This document shows positions 27,207 through 38,046 of a DNA stretch of 64,000 nt, one piece after another. The stretch comes from a virus (taxonomy: Duplodnaviria; Caudoviricetes). Position numbers and translations under genes: made by a program. The notes under the pieces were generated by a model. It made no database searches. It was not told the DNA's origin and was given only the letters and a program-made list of their open reading frames with translations. The stretch lies in the IMG/VR virus record IMGVR_UViG_3300027971_000001; one strand, 5' to 3'. Every line of letters starts with the position of its first letter. Positions within the stretch are counted from its first letter, which is position 1.

Positions 27207-28213
27207 AAACATTAACTCAAAAATCTCTTCTTTTTGCAGATTTACATCTAGGAGTTCATCAGAATAGTCCTAGATGGCATCAGCTTGCCTTAGATTGGGC
27301 AAAATGGAGCAAGGAAATAGCTGTAAAGGAAGGTGCAGAGTCGGTCATTTGTTTGGGTGATTACTTTCATGATCGGGATCAGATTGATGTTTCGACTCTT
27401 GATATAGCAAGAAAAGTTTTGGATATATTTTCTGATTTCAAAGTTTATTTGATAACCGGAAATCACGATATTTATTTTAAAGAAAAGAATGACGTAACAT
27501 CTCTTCACATTTTCAAAGGATATCCTTATGTTAATGTTGTCAATAATACGACATTGTTCAAATACCAAGACAAACAAATTAATATGGTTCCTTGGACAGA
27601 TTCTAATGAAGCAAAGAACTTTGAAGGAGATGTTATATTAACACATGCCGAATTTAAAAATTTTAGAATGAATAACAGCAAATTCTGTGAAGAAGGTGTT
27701 GATTTGGAAAAATACCAAAATAATGAAAGGTTTATATTGGCAGGACATTTTCATATAAGCGATATTCGTAATCATGGAAAATTAAAAGCAGGATATCTAG
27801 GAAATCCATTCCAACATAGTTTTGCAGACATCAACAATAACAAATATGTTTATATTCTAGATTTGGAAAACATGGGATTGAAAAATTTTGAAAATGAATT
27901 TTCACCCCGGCATGAAATAATAAGATATTCGAAAAAAGAAGAACCCAAAAGAAAAAATTCAATTGTACGGGTCATTTTTGATGTTTCAGATACAACCGAG
28001 AAATACACAAGCTTTGCAAGCCAAATTCAAGAAGAGCACAAACCTTTCACTCTTTTGACGCAAACAGATTTTGAATTGAAAAGCGATGATATCAAAACCG
28101 ACACAAACATATCATTTGAGCAAATGCTGGAACAATTCATTGATGGAATGGATATTGAAAATAAAAAAGAAACCCAGGAATATTGCTCGAATCTTTATAA
28201 AAGGTGCAACTAA
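27203..28213 (+). CDS. gp47: Mre11/SbcD-like recombination nuclease
   Basis: ADLHLG, GDYFH, GNHD, GHFH; upstream of the SMC ATPase. Confidence 0.92.
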   Translation: MKTLTQKSLLFADLHLGVHQNSPRWHQLALDWAKWSKEIAVKEGAESVICLGDYFHDRDQIDVSTLDIARKVLDIFSDFKVYLITGNHDIYFKEKNDVTSLHIFKGYPYVNVVNNTTLFKYQDKQINMVPWTDSNEAKNFEGDVILTHAEFKNFRMNNSKFCEEGVDLEKYQNNERFILAGHFHISDIRNHGKLKAGYLGNPFQHSFADINNNKYVYILDLENMGLKNFENEFSPRHEIIRYSKKEEPKRKNSIVRVIFDVSDTTEKYTSFASQIQEEHKPFTLLTQTDFELKSDDIKTDTNISFEQMLEQFIDGMDIENKKETQEYCSNLYKRCN

Positions 28214-29991
28214 TGCATACTATAAACTTTAAAACTGTTTATATAAAAAATTTTCTATCAGTGGGTGAGAAACCTATTACAGTTAATTTTGAAAAGGGAA
28301 TGTGTTTAATTACAGGTCAGAATCTGGATAAACCAGAAAGATCGAATGGTGTGGGAAAAAGTACAATTGCCGATGCTATTCATTTTGCTTTGTTTGGAGA
28401 AACTATCCGAGAAATCAAAAAAGATCTGATTCCAAATTATTACACAAATGGGAAAACATTGGTTCAAATAACTTTTGATATAGGAAATGACAGCTATGAA
28501 ATAGCTAGAACGGTGAATCCAACCACAACAAAATTGATAAAAAACACAGTGGATGAAACAAAAGATACTATAGCCAATACAAATGAGACCATAGAAAACC
28601 TTGTTCGTTGTACTAGTAAAATATTCAACAATTGCATATCATTGGGTATTAATTCCAGCAACTGTTTCATGAACATGAAAAAGTCGGAAAAGCGGGAATA
28701 TATAGAATCTATTTTGGATTTGGACATTTTCTCCGAAATGACTGATATTTGTAAAACTGAATTGTCCGAAGAACGTAAACTAAGGGAAGGATTGTCTGCC
28801 AAAAAAGAAACCTATGAATCCATTCTAGAGGATTATAAAAAACAAAAAGAAGAATTTGAGAATAAGAAAAAGAAAAACATATCTGAACTTGAACAAAAAA
28901 TAAAAGTATTAAAAGAAAAAATCTATATTTTAAACCAAGAAATCGAATCATTAATGGAACATTTATCTGTCGATCATTCTGAAAAGATAAACCAGGCTAA
29001 ATCTGTTTTAAAAATAATTGAAGCAAAAATAAGCGAAACAGAAAAACTTATAGCTTCCAAGCAATCTGAAATACGCTCTATTCAAAAAAATCTTAATGAA
29101 ATTAAAGAGAATATTGATACATGTCCATCTTGTTTGAGGGAAATAGACGAATCCTGTAAAGATCATGTTGAAAATCGTAAAAAAGAAATGCTTCAACAGA
29201 TAACAAATATTGAAAATGAAATTAAAAAGGAAAAGGACAAAAGAGAAAAATTTTTGGATAAGAAGTCAGAAGCTGAAAAAATAATAGATAATTTACAAAA
29301 AAAGGAAAAGCAATCCGAAAGAGACAATTCCAAGAAAGAACAAAACAAAAAACTCATAGAACAAATCAATTCTTCAATTGATGATATTGAAAAACAAATA
29401 GAAAAAGAAACAAATCGAACAGAGAATTTTGACAAATTGATTGAAGAAAATGAAAAGAAAAAGCAAGATTTGGAAAAAAAGATCACCGAATCTGATAAAA
29501 ATATATATATTTTAAATAACAGTAAATTTATATTAAGTGATGAAGGATTAAAAAGTGTCTTTATTTCAAAAATTATAAATCTTTTAAACAGTAAAATAAA
29601 CCATTATTTGAATAAATTAGATGCCAATTCACGAATAAATTTTGATAGTTATTTTGAAGATACCTTAACAGATTCGGTGGGTAAGGTTGCTAGCTATGCG
29701 AATCTTTCTGGTGCTGAAAAGAAGGCGGTTGATCTTGCCTGCATGTTTTCATTCATGGAAATGCGAGAGCTTCAGAACTTTCCAGTATTCAATTTTGTGC
29801 TTTTTGATGAGATTTTTGATAGTAGTTTCGATAAAAAGAGCGTTCAACTTATAACTGATATTTGTGAAGAAATATCCCTGAATAAGTGTGTATTCATTAT
29901 AAGTCACCGAAAAGATGCGATTTATTCAAATAATTTTAAAACATTAAGCTTACAAAAGAAAAATGGCATAACAACAGTGCTTGAAAATTAA
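28213..29991 (+). CDS. gp46: Rad50/SbcC-like recombination ATPase
   Basis: KNFLSVG, NGVGKST, coiled coil with CPSC hook, LSGAEK, LFDEIFD. Confidence 0.95.
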   Translation: MHTINFKTVYIKNFLSVGEKPITVNFEKGMCLITGQNLDKPERSNGVGKSTIADAIHFALFGETIREIKKDLIPNYYTNGKTLVQITFDIGNDSYEIARTVNPTTTKLIKNTVDETKDTIANTNETIENLVRCTSKIFNNCISLGINSSNCFMNMKKSEKREYIESILDLDIFSEMTDICKTELSEERKLREGLSAKKETYESILEDYKKQKEEFENKKKKNISELEQKIKVLKEKIYILNQEIESLMEHLSVDHSEKINQAKSVLKIIEAKISETEKLIASKQSEIRSIQKNLNEIKENIDTCPSCLREIDESCKDHVENRKKEMLQQITNIENEIKKEKDKREKFLDKKSEAEKIIDNLQKKEKQSERDNSKKEQNKKLIEQINSSIDDIEKQIEKETNRTENFDKLIEENEKKKQDLEKKITESDKNIYILNNSKFILSDEGLKSVFISKIINLLNSKINHYLNKLDANSRINFDSYFEDTLTDSVGKVASYANLSGAEKKAVDLACMFSFMEMRELQNFPVFNFVLFDEIFDSSFDKKSVQLITDICEEISLNKCVFIISHRKDAIYSNNFKTLSLQKKNGITTVLEN

Positions 29992-30012
29992 AATAATATA
30001 TTAATTAGATTT

Positions 30013-31236
30013 ATGTTTAATACTGGTAATCCATTTGCTGCAAATCCTCTTCTTCAAGCAGTAGGTCAATATTCTAATACTATAGCACCAAGACCTGCGT
30101 TGGCACCCACATCACCACAGCCTGACAATATGCCAGATCGTGGAATCAATTATCTTGCAGATTATAGCGGTTGCGGTCATTGGCGTTTGATTTGGCCCGA
30201 AATGATTCTTAATGCCCATAATAAAATGACCATGCATAGCACAACAGTCATGTGCCTTGATCCTCGTTATTATATCAATACCAAGGCAGTTCGTGTTCAA
30301 CGTCAGGCAACAGAACATCAACTAAAGTTTGTTCAGTTTTTAAAGCAGTTGGGACAACAGAATGGTTTTCGTCTTCTTTATGAAATTGACGATCTTGTGT
30401 TTCATGAAGATATTCCCGATTATAACAAATTTAAAACTGCATTTATTGATCCTAATATCCGAAAACAAGCTCAAGCTATCATGAATGAATGTGATGAAAT
30501 CACAGTAACATGTAAATTCATGAAAGATTATTATGCGGAAAAGACAGGTCATAAAAAAATCACAGTTATTCCTAACTATCCTCCAAAGTTTTGGATGGGT
30601 AATTACTATAATCTTAAAAAAATTAGTGAAAATTATGATACCTGTGAAAAGAAACCAAGAATTTTATATGCAGGAAGCGGTGCACATTTTGATGTGGAGA
30701 ATCGTGTAGGACAAAATGATGATTTTGCACACGTTTTACAGGCAATTGCAGATACAAAAGACAAATATCAGTGGGTTTTCTTTGGTGCATTTCCTATGAT
30801 GTTCCGACCTCTCGTTGAAAAAGGCATATTTGAATATCATCCTTGGCAAGATCTTTATCATTATCCAGGCAAGATCAATGATTTGAGAATCAATATGATG
30901 ATTGCACCATTACAAAATAATAATTTCAATAAAAGCAAGAGTGATTTGAAGTATATTGAAGCTTGCTGTTATGGTCTTCCTATTGCTTGCCAAAATCTTT
31001 GCACATATGAAGATGCTCCATTCAAATTTGATACCGGAGATGAAATGATTAAGGTAATTAATGAAGTTTTAGGTAAAAAATCAAAATATATGACTCATTG
31101 TGAACGGGCCAGATCTGCTTCAGAAAAGCGTTGGCTTGAAAATGAGGATAATATTAACAAATATGTTGAATTGTACAAATATCCTTATGGGGATGAACGC
31201 CGGGTGTTGCTAAACAAGGTGAATGGGTTAACATAG
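30013..31236 (+). CDS. GT-B-fold glycosyltransferase-like protein
   Basis: DYSGCGHWR, YEIDD, TVIPNY, APLQNNNFNKSKSDLKYIEA. Confidence 0.7.
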   Translation: MFNTGNPFAANPLLQAVGQYSNTIAPRPALAPTSPQPDNMPDRGINYLADYSGCGHWRLIWPEMILNAHNKMTMHSTTVMCLDPRYYINTKAVRVQRQATEHQLKFVQFLKQLGQQNGFRLLYEIDDLVFHEDIPDYNKFKTAFIDPNIRKQAQAIMNECDEITVTCKFMKDYYAEKTGHKKITVIPNYPPKFWMGNYYNLKKISENYDTCEKKPRILYAGSGAHFDVENRVGQNDDFAHVLQAIADTKDKYQWVFFGAFPMMFRPLVEKGIFEYHPWQDLYHYPGKINDLRINMMIAPLQNNNFNKSKSDLKYIEACCYGLPIACQNLCTYEDAPFKFDTGDEMIKVINEVLGKKSKYMTHCERARSASEKRWLENEDNINKYVELYKYPYGDERRVLLNKVNGLT

Positions 31237-31241
31237 TTGGC

Positions 31242-33821
31242 GTGTATAGGCATGCCACATACGATCCTTTAAATCACGCTATTCGTCTGGCCACATGGTC
31301 AGAAACAGGTGAGCGAGTAACAGTAAGTCGCACCTATTATCCGTATTTGTATGTAGAAACAAGTGGTCAGCACGACGAAATATCATTATATAATACAAAA
31401 TTAAAGAAAAAGACATTTAGTTCATCGAAAGAACGGCGTATTTTCTCTGAAAAAGATGAAAACAAACGCATTTATCATAATTTCACTTGTTCCCAACAGT
31501 TTTTAATCGATGAATTTTCATCAGAAATAGATAGTCCAGATTTTGTTAAGCATCCTTTAAAAATATTTTATTTGGATATTGAAACTTACAGTCCAGATGA
31601 GTTTCCAGAACCATCTTTGGCAAAAGCACCTGTCAATATGATAACCATATATGACAATCTTTCAGAAAAGTTTCATAGTTTCGGATTGGGTGAATATGAT
31701 TCCCATGACAATATAATCTATCATAATTGTAAAACTGAAATAGTTTTATTGGAAAGGTTTTTGGATTTCTTTCAAAAAGATTATCCTGATATTGTGGCAA
31801 CCTGGAACGGAGAAGTTTTCGATATTCCTTATCTTGTGCATCGTATAGGAAGAGTTTTGGGAGAGGATCAGGCAAAAAGACTTAGTCCATATAATAATAT
31901 TATTTCAAAAGAGATATTCACCAAATTCGGAAAGAAAGCAGAAAAGTTTTATATTGAAGGAATCGCCAATTTGGATTACATGAATGTTTATAAAAAGTTT
32001 TGTCCGGTGCAGCGGGAAAGCTATTCTCTGGGTTCCATAACTTCACTAGAACTGGGAGAAAGCAAAATAGAATATGAGGAAAGCAATCTGTCTTCATTGG
32101 CGGAGAAAAATTGGAAGCAATTCGTGGATTATAACATTCAAGACGTTAATCTTCTGGTTAAGCTAGAGGAAAAATTGCATTATTTGAGCATTCTTCGTTC
32201 TCTTTCTCATGTAGGATTGACCAATCTTGAAACTGCCATGAGCACAATCAGTATTGTGGCGGGTGCAGTGGCTATTCAAGCCAAGAAAAACAAGAAAATT
32301 ATACCCACCTTCCCACATAAAGAAGATGATGGAGTTACAATTGAAGGTGCATTTGTTAGTGAACCACAAAGAGGTTTTCATGATGCGGTTATCAGCTTTG
32401 ATGCCAATTCACTCTATCCCAATTTGATTCGAACATGCAACATGAGTCCGGAAACAAAGGTGGGAAATCTTGAAAAACTAGACGACAAGACATTTTTACA
32501 TCATGTAAATGGTAAAAAATATACGTTAACTGATGAAAAACTTAAAGTATTGATGGAAAAGGAAAATCTTGCTGTAACAAAGATAGGAACTTTGTTTAGT
32601 CAAAAAGAAACAGGTCTTGTTCCTCAAATTATTGAAGAAAATTATAAAAAACGGGTGGATATAAAAAAGGAATTAAAGAAAATAAAGCGAGAACTGCTTA
32701 ATTCTGAAAAAGATTCAGAAGATTATAAGGAAAAAAAGAAACGAGAATCCATCCTAAACAACAAACAATATGCCCTTAAGATTCTCATGAACAGTATCTA
32801 TGGAGCATTTGCAAATAATTTCTTTTTTTTAAGTGATAGAGATGTGGCTAGAAGCATTACAGTCACAGGTCAAAGTGTAATCAAAAAAGGAAGTGAAATT
32901 ATTGAAGAATTCTTTGTTAAAAATGGCATAGAAAAGGAATCATTAGAAAAGAACTCTCCAATGGTTTATGGAGATACGGATAGTTGTCACGTTTCAGTCA
33001 AACGGCTTCTTGAAAAAAATAATATAAAATTATTAAAGAAGGACAAAACTTTAAATTCCGACGCAGAAAAGGTTATTGAGAATCTAGAAAAATACATCAA
33101 TGAACAAATAACCTTTTGGGCTAAAAAGGAACTTAATAGCAATTCACCAAATCTGGAATTTAAACGGGAATCCATATGTGATGTGGCCATTTATATACAA
33201 AAGAAACGATATGTGCTTCATGTTATTGATGAAGAGGGTGTTCCTTGTGATAAAACAAAATATACAGGAATTGAAGTGGTTCGAAGCACCATGACCAAGC
33301 AAGTAAAAGAATTTAATAAAAAAATTATTGAAACCATGATACAAACTCGGGATCCATCTCAGACAAATATAATCCTAGAAAAGATTTATGAGGATTTTCA
33401 AACCAAAGATGAAAAAAATCTTTCATTTGTGGTGGGTATTAAGAATTATGAAAAGTATTCTGATTCATGTAATGAACTGATGACAGTAAAAGGAATGCCT
33501 GTACATGTTAAGGCAGCTTATTATTATAATTATTTTCTTAAAAAACAGTCTTTGTTAAAAAAACATGAAACCATAACAAGCGGAGACAAGATTCAATATT
33601 ATTATGTGCAACAACCAAATCAATTTGCCATTTCAGTTATGGCATTCAAAAATCGTCTTCCAGATGAAATCAAAGAATTGTTTCCCATGGACAAAGAAAA
33701 GCAATTTGAAAAGCTTGTTTTGGAAACAATGAGAAAAATTTTTGAACCGGTAGGATGGGAAATACGAGAACCAGGAAAAATGAACTATGCTAATCTTGAA
33801 TTACTTTTTTCTGACGAGTAA
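31242..33821 (+). CDS. gp43: Family B DNA polymerase
   Basis: Exo I DIETYS, DANSLYP, KILMNSIYG, YGDTDS; no intein seen. Confidence 0.97.
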   Translation: MYRHATYDPLNHAIRLATWSETGERVTVSRTYYPYLYVETSGQHDEISLYNTKLKKKTFSSSKERRIFSEKDENKRIYHNFTCSQQFLIDEFSSEIDSPDFVKHPLKIFYLDIETYSPDEFPEPSLAKAPVNMITIYDNLSEKFHSFGLGEYDSHDNIIYHNCKTEIVLLERFLDFFQKDYPDIVATWNGEVFDIPYLVHRIGRVLGEDQAKRLSPYNNIISKEIFTKFGKKAEKFYIEGIANLDYMNVYKKFCPVQRESYSLGSITSLELGESKIEYEESNLSSLAEKNWKQFVDYNIQDVNLLVKLEEKLHYLSILRSLSHVGLTNLETAMSTISIVAGAVAIQAKKNKKIIPTFPHKEDDGVTIEGAFVSEPQRGFHDAVISFDANSLYPNLIRTCNMSPETKVGNLEKLDDKTFLHHVNGKKYTLTDEKLKVLMEKENLAVTKIGTLFSQKETGLVPQIIEENYKKRVDIKKELKKIKRELLNSEKDSEDYKEKKKRESILNNKQYALKILMNSIYGAFANNFFFLSDRDVARSITVTGQSVIKKGSEIIEEFFVKNGIEKESLEKNSPMVYGDTDSCHVSVKRLLEKNNIKLLKKDKTLNSDAEKVIENLEKYINEQITFWAKKELNSNSPNLEFKRESICDVAIYIQKKRYVLHVIDEEGVPCDKTKYTGIEVVRSTMTKQVKEFNKKIIETMIQTRDPSQTNIILEKIYEDFQTKDEKNLSFVVGIKNYEKYSDSCNELMTVKGMPVHVKAAYYYNYFLKKQSLLKKHETITSGDKIQYYYVQQPNQFAISVMAFKNRLPDEIKELFPMDKEKQFEKLVLETMRKIFEPVGWEIREPGKMNYANLELLFSDE

Positions 33822-34571
33822 TTGACTGGGTTTTGTTACATTTCTTCCTAATTTTTTACTAATAGCTTTGGACCAAGTTTTGTTTAAATTTTTCAATCTT
33901 GTTATTTCAGCTTTTAATTTGTAAGGATCTTGAGGAAGTTCTTCTGTAGATGGTTCAGCAGGAGTTTCATCTGCTACAGGTTCTGGAGTAGGAGCAACGG
34001 TTTCTTTTTTGGCATAAACATCACCATGAAGTTTTTGCTTTTCTTCAGGAGAAAGTTTTGCATATTCCGCAGGATTCATGGTTTTTAATTCAGGTTCAGC
34101 TTTGGCTTGTTCTACAGAATCAGCAGGCTTTGATGATGTTACAGGAGCCGGTGTTTCAGAAGGAGTTTCCTCTTTAGCAGGTGTATATAATGATGTTTGA
34201 CCATACAAAAGAGTTTCTAGTGCACCTTTTTCAGCATCTTCATATTTCTGAGCAGTATGATTAGTTTTGAAGTATTCCAAAGCTTTAGCTTTGTTTTCTT
34301 GCATGTTTGCATCTGCCCATGCACGACTGTTTAAGAACTTATTAAAGGTATCTACAGCTTTTTCTTTGTTTGTTTTGATATCGCCCTTCTTGGCAAATCG
34401 AGGATACCAAAAACGTGTCCACAAATCTTTATATGTTTCATATCTTTTTTTATCTTCACTTCTTTTAGGAATGCCTTTTAAGAAATCCATAATCCCTTCG
34501 TTAAGTGGTTTTCTTTCAACACTTTTCGCAAGAACATAGGCTTCAAATATTTTATGGCTTTCCAAGTGCAT
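33801..34571 (-). CDS. Late protein with P/A/E-rich linker, putative internal head protein (start MHLESH)
   Basis: TAAATA 5 nt before ATG 34571; leader ends KPLNE. Confidence 0.65.
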   Translation of the reverse strand: MHLESHKIFEAYVLAKSVERKPLNEGIMDFLKGIPKRSEDKKRYETYKDLWTRFWYPRFAKKGDIKTNKEKAVDTFNKFLNSRAWADANMQENKAKALEYFKTNHTAQKYEDAEKGALETLLYGQTSLYTPAKEETPSETPAPVTSSKPADSVEQAKAEPELKTMNPAEYAKLSPEEKQKLHGDVYAKKETVAPTPEPVADETPAEPSTEELPQDPYKLKAEITRLKNLNKTWSKAISKKLGRNVTKPSQLLVRKK

Positions 34572-34621
34572 ATTATTATTTAATATAGTTGCTTTTCTAA
34601 ATCGTATGATTAAATGGTGGT

Positions 34622-34969
34622 ATGAGTTCAATTCAACCATTCGTAGATCATGTAGGACGTACAATCATAGGCGAAGTTCTTGGCGAGGAGAACGGAAACC
34701 TAAAGGTAAAAAACCCCGCTATTCTGCTGGTTCAGCCGAATCAAGCCACTGGACAACTGAGCATCCAGACGATTCCCTTGTTTTTCAAGGAATTCATCAG
34801 CCCTGCTCTTCGTGAAACAGTTGGCACCTGGCTTTTCCCAAAGGATAAGCTGGTTTTGACCACTGACGTTCAATTAGAAGAGCGTATTATTGAGCAGTAC
34901 AAGCGTATTTTTACGTCTGCTCCTGTTGCTGATTCTAATCCTGAAGTAGTCAAGCTGTTCGAAGACTAA
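34622..34969 (+). CDS. Hypothetical protein, possibly Sm-like fold
   Basis: Beta-rich 115 aa, coupled to uvsX. Confidence 0.55.
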   Translation: MSSIQPFVDHVGRTIIGEVLGEENGNLKVKNPAILLVQPNQATGQLSIQTIPLFFKEFISPALRETVGTWLFPKDKLVLTTDVQLEERIIEQYKRIFTSAPVADSNPEVVKLFED

Positions 34970-36045
34970 TGAGTGATCTGGATAAAATTCTAGGTTGTCT
35001 GGATGATATCAATCCAGAAGCTGCTTTTCTATCAGATAACACTCTAAGCAACGTTGATACTTGGTATGATACTGGTTGTTATGCTCTAAACGCCATTATT
35101 AGCGGAAAAATCCGTGAAGGTGGTGTTCCAAAAGGACGAATCATCGTCTTTACAGGAGAATCACAAACAGGTAAAACACTTCTTATCAATAAAATCTTGG
35201 GTCTTGCTCAAAAACAAGGAATGTATCCTGTGATTTTTGATAGTGAGATGAGTGTTGATGCAGATAGCGGTAAAACCGTAGGACTTGATCCGGAAAAGAC
35301 CAAGTATTGCCCTGTTTATACTGTTGATGAAACCAAAAACCAGATATCTAAATTTTTGGATCAAGTTATTGAGAAAAAAGCTCAAGGCAAATTCATTATC
35401 AGCATAGACAGTCTCGGCAATCTTGCAGGTGCAAAAGAAGTTGCTGACATTGAAAAGGACAAATCTGTTGCAGATATGGGTCTTCGCGCCAAAAGCTTAA
35501 AGAGCATGTTGCGTATTTTGACTTATAAAGCAGCAAAAGCAGGTGTGACTGTTCTTTGCAGTAACCATACATATGCAGATCCTGCCAGCATGTATCCAAG
35601 TTTGGTTAAAAACCAAAGTGGAGGAAGTGGTCCTTTGTATATGAGCAGTGTCATCGTTCAATTGGCTCGCAGAAATGAAAAGCAAGATGATAAAAATGAA
35701 GAAGACAAAATGCTTCCCGAAGCAAAACAATATTCGGGTGTAACTCTTCGTGCCATGACAACCAAGAACAGGTTCTTACCACCTTTTCTGGAAGTTCCAA
35801 TTTATTTGAATTACAGAACAGGATTGGACAAATATAGTGGACTTTTGGAAATGGCAGTAAATCATGGAATTATTATCCAAAACGGACCAACCTATACTAA
35901 AGCAGACGGAACAAAATTAGGTTATGCAAAAAGTTTTAAAAATGATATATCTTTTTGGGAAGAGTATGTTATACCTAATCTCCAGGAGAAATTAAATGTC
36001 GCCTACAAATACGCAGACTCAGATACAGACGCAGCAAAAGAATGA
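34969..36045 (+). CDS. uvsX: RecA-like recombinase UvsX
   Basis: DTGCYALN, GESQTGKT, IDSLGNL, NHTY, SGGSG. Confidence 0.93.
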   Translation: MSDLDKILGCLDDINPEAAFLSDNTLSNVDTWYDTGCYALNAIISGKIREGGVPKGRIIVFTGESQTGKTLLINKILGLAQKQGMYPVIFDSEMSVDADSGKTVGLDPEKTKYCPVYTVDETKNQISKFLDQVIEKKAQGKFIISIDSLGNLAGAKEVADIEKDKSVADMGLRAKSLKSMLRILTYKAAKAGVTVLCSNHTYADPASMYPSLVKNQSGGSGPLYMSSVIVQLARRNEKQDDKNEEDKMLPEAKQYSGVTLRAMTTKNRFLPPFLEVPIYLNYRTGLDKYSGLLEMAVNHGIIIQNGPTYTKADGTKLGYAKSFKNDISFWEEYVIPNLQEKLNVAYKYADSDTDAAKE

Positions 36046-36712
36046 AAAAATTCTTTTCATTAGTGCAACTCGTGGCGACAAATCAAACATATCGTTTCTA
36101 AAAAGTATCAGCAAAGTTTCGGGTGCTGAATACGAGATAATCGAAAATAACACCGAAAAACTTTCGGTAGTTTATAATCGTGCCATTGAAAAACACATGG
36201 ACGAATATGATATTATATGTTTTATTCATGATGATGTGTTTATTGATGATCTTCGTATTGCAAAAAAGCTGGAAAAAGCAGTTCGAGAAAACAATTATGA
36301 TGTGATTGGATTGGCTGGAGGAATCAATCCCATAATCAAATCTCCAGCACTTTGGCATCTGATGTGTGATCGACACAACTTAAGAGGTGCTGTAGCCCAT
36401 CCATTTGATAAAGGTAGTATTTTCATGACTAGCTTTGGAAATACGCCTTGTGAAGTTGATTTGATTGACAATTTGTTCATGGCGTTTAGAACCAAACTAT
36501 TCAAAATAAACAAAAATTTCCGTTTTGATGAAACCAATCCCTGTCATACACATTTCACGGATTTGGATATCAGTTTACAGGCTAAAAAGTATTCTTATAA
36601 AATTGGTATTTGGCCGATTTGGGTAATTCATGCAAGTCCCGGATTAAGGAACTATGAAGATATTGTTTTTCAGAATGGTCAAAAATGGTTTCTTGAAAAA
36701 TGGTCAAAATAA
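35996..36712 (+). CDS. GT-A-fold glycosyltransferase-like protein (start uncertain)
   Basis: LSVVYNRAI, CFIHDDV, DVIGLAG, FDE..HFTDLDIS, HASPG. Confidence 0.7.
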   Translation: MSPTNTQTQIQTQQKNEKILFISATRGDKSNISFLKSISKVSGAEYEIIENNTEKLSVVYNRAIEKHMDEYDIICFIHDDVFIDDLRIAKKLEKAVRENNYDVIGLAGGINPIIKSPALWHLMCDRHNLRGAVAHPFDKGSIFMTSFGNTPCEVDLIDNLFMAFRTKLFKINKNFRFDETNPCHTHFTDLDISLQAKKYSYKIGIWPIWVIHASPGLRNYEDIVFQNGQKWFLEKWSK

Positions 36713-38046
36713 ACAAAATCGATAACGATACATTCGAGACACTTATAATATACAAGTGTCTTATGGATGGTGCCTATTTGGGTACCATTGCAGAGTATTT
36801 AAAACCTGAATATTTTACCAATGAGGATATTAAAAATGTTATTGGCATTATAACTGATTTTTATCAAAAAAATAATGTTCCTCCAACCATAACCGAGATT
36901 AAAAATTATCTTATTAATGATAAGCTTAAACAATCATTAAAAAATATTGTAACAACGTTTGAAACAATTGATAAAAATCTTAATACAAAAGAACTATATG
37001 AAAACACTGAAAAGTTCCTAAAAGAAAAAGCGGTTATTAAAACCATGATCGATATCATGGAAAAGACTGAAAAAACTAGTGTTGATACAAATGAAATTTT
37101 AGAGAAATTCCAACAGGCATGCAGCATAAGTTTGACGCATGATTTGGGAATGGATTATTTTGAGGATATTGAAAAACTTGCAACGGAAATTACAAAGACA
37201 GAAAATTACATTTCTACCGGTTATAGATGGATAGATGAGAAACTTCAGGGTGGATTTTTACAAGAAGGAAAAGCCCTTTATGTTTTCAGCGGTCAAACCA
37301 ACGTTGGTAAGAGTATTGTTTTGGCCAATATTGCCAGTAATATTTGCGCACAAGGCAAAACCGTTTTGTTGATTAGTCTGGAAATGAGTGAAGTTGTATA
37401 TGCAAAACGGCTTTGTGGAAACTTTGCCAACATTCCAATCTTTTCCTTAAAGCATAAATTGGATGATTTAAGGGATGAAATTGCAAAATATAAAAGGGAA
37501 AATCCAAAATCCAAACTTGTGATCAAGGAATTTCCCCCTAGCACAATTAGTGTTGGTCAATTAAATGCATATATCAAGAAACTCATACAGAGTGGAATCA
37601 AACCAGATGCCATCATTGTGGATTATGTAAACCTTTTAACCACATCATTTGGAACCAATTCCTATGAAAGGGTCAAGCATATTACTGAAAATCTCCGAGC
37701 TGTAAGTTATATTTTTAATGTTCCTGTGATTACAGCAACCCAATTAAATCGAAGCGCCATGAATCAAAGCAATCCTCAATTAGAAACAGTGAGTGAAAGT
37801 CTCGGATTAGCCATGACTGCTGATTGTATTATTGGTTTGTGGCGGGAACCTGAAGATATAGAATTAGGTCGTATTAATATGAATATTCAGAAAAACCGTA
37901 TGGGTCCTGCTTTTGGTACTGCGACTTTTGCATTGGATCAAGCAACCATGCGAATTCGAGAAGAAGCAAAAATTGAAACAAATGATGCTATTTCCAGTAC
38001 AGAAAATACTTTGAATAATCTAGCAGTCAATGATTTGATGGAATGA
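36700..38046 (+). CDS. gp41: DnaB-like replicative helicase
   Basis: STGYRWID, GQTNVGKS, ISLEM, IKEFP, VDYVNL, TATQLNR, KNRMG. Confidence 0.95.
   Translation: MVKINKIDNDTFETLIIYKCLMDGAYLGTIAEYLKPEYFTNEDIKNVIGIITDFYQKNNVPPTITEIKNYLINDKLKQSLKNIVTTFETIDKNLNTKELYENTEKFLKEKAVIKTMIDIMEKTEKTSVDTNEILEKFQQACSISLTHDLGMDYFEDIEKLATEITKTENYISTGYRWIDEKLQGGFLQEGKALYVFSGQTNVGKSIVLANIASNICAQGKTVLLISLEMSEVVYAKRLCGNFANIPIFSLKHKLDDLRDEIAKYKRENPKSKLVIKEFPPSTISVGQLNAYIKKLIQSGIKPDAIIVDYVNLLTTSFGTNSYERVKHITENLRAVSYIFNVPVITATQLNRSAMNQSNPQLETVSESLGLAMTADCIIGLWREPEDIELGRINMNIQKNRMGPAFGTATFALDQATMRIREEAKIETNDAISSTENTLNNLAVNDLME

Noticed and set aside
36042-36052. Programmed frameshift at ATG-A6 starting the GT-A gene
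   Set aside because: The ATGA overlap with the uvsX stop is one base out of frame, but an in-frame ATG exists at 35996. A homopolymer sequencing error is equally plausible and there is no canonical slippery heptamer; cannot be decided without reads.
31242-38046. Inteins or introns in polymerase, recombinase or helicase
   Set aside because: Lengths are normal and no splicing or homing-endonuclease motifs interrupt them.
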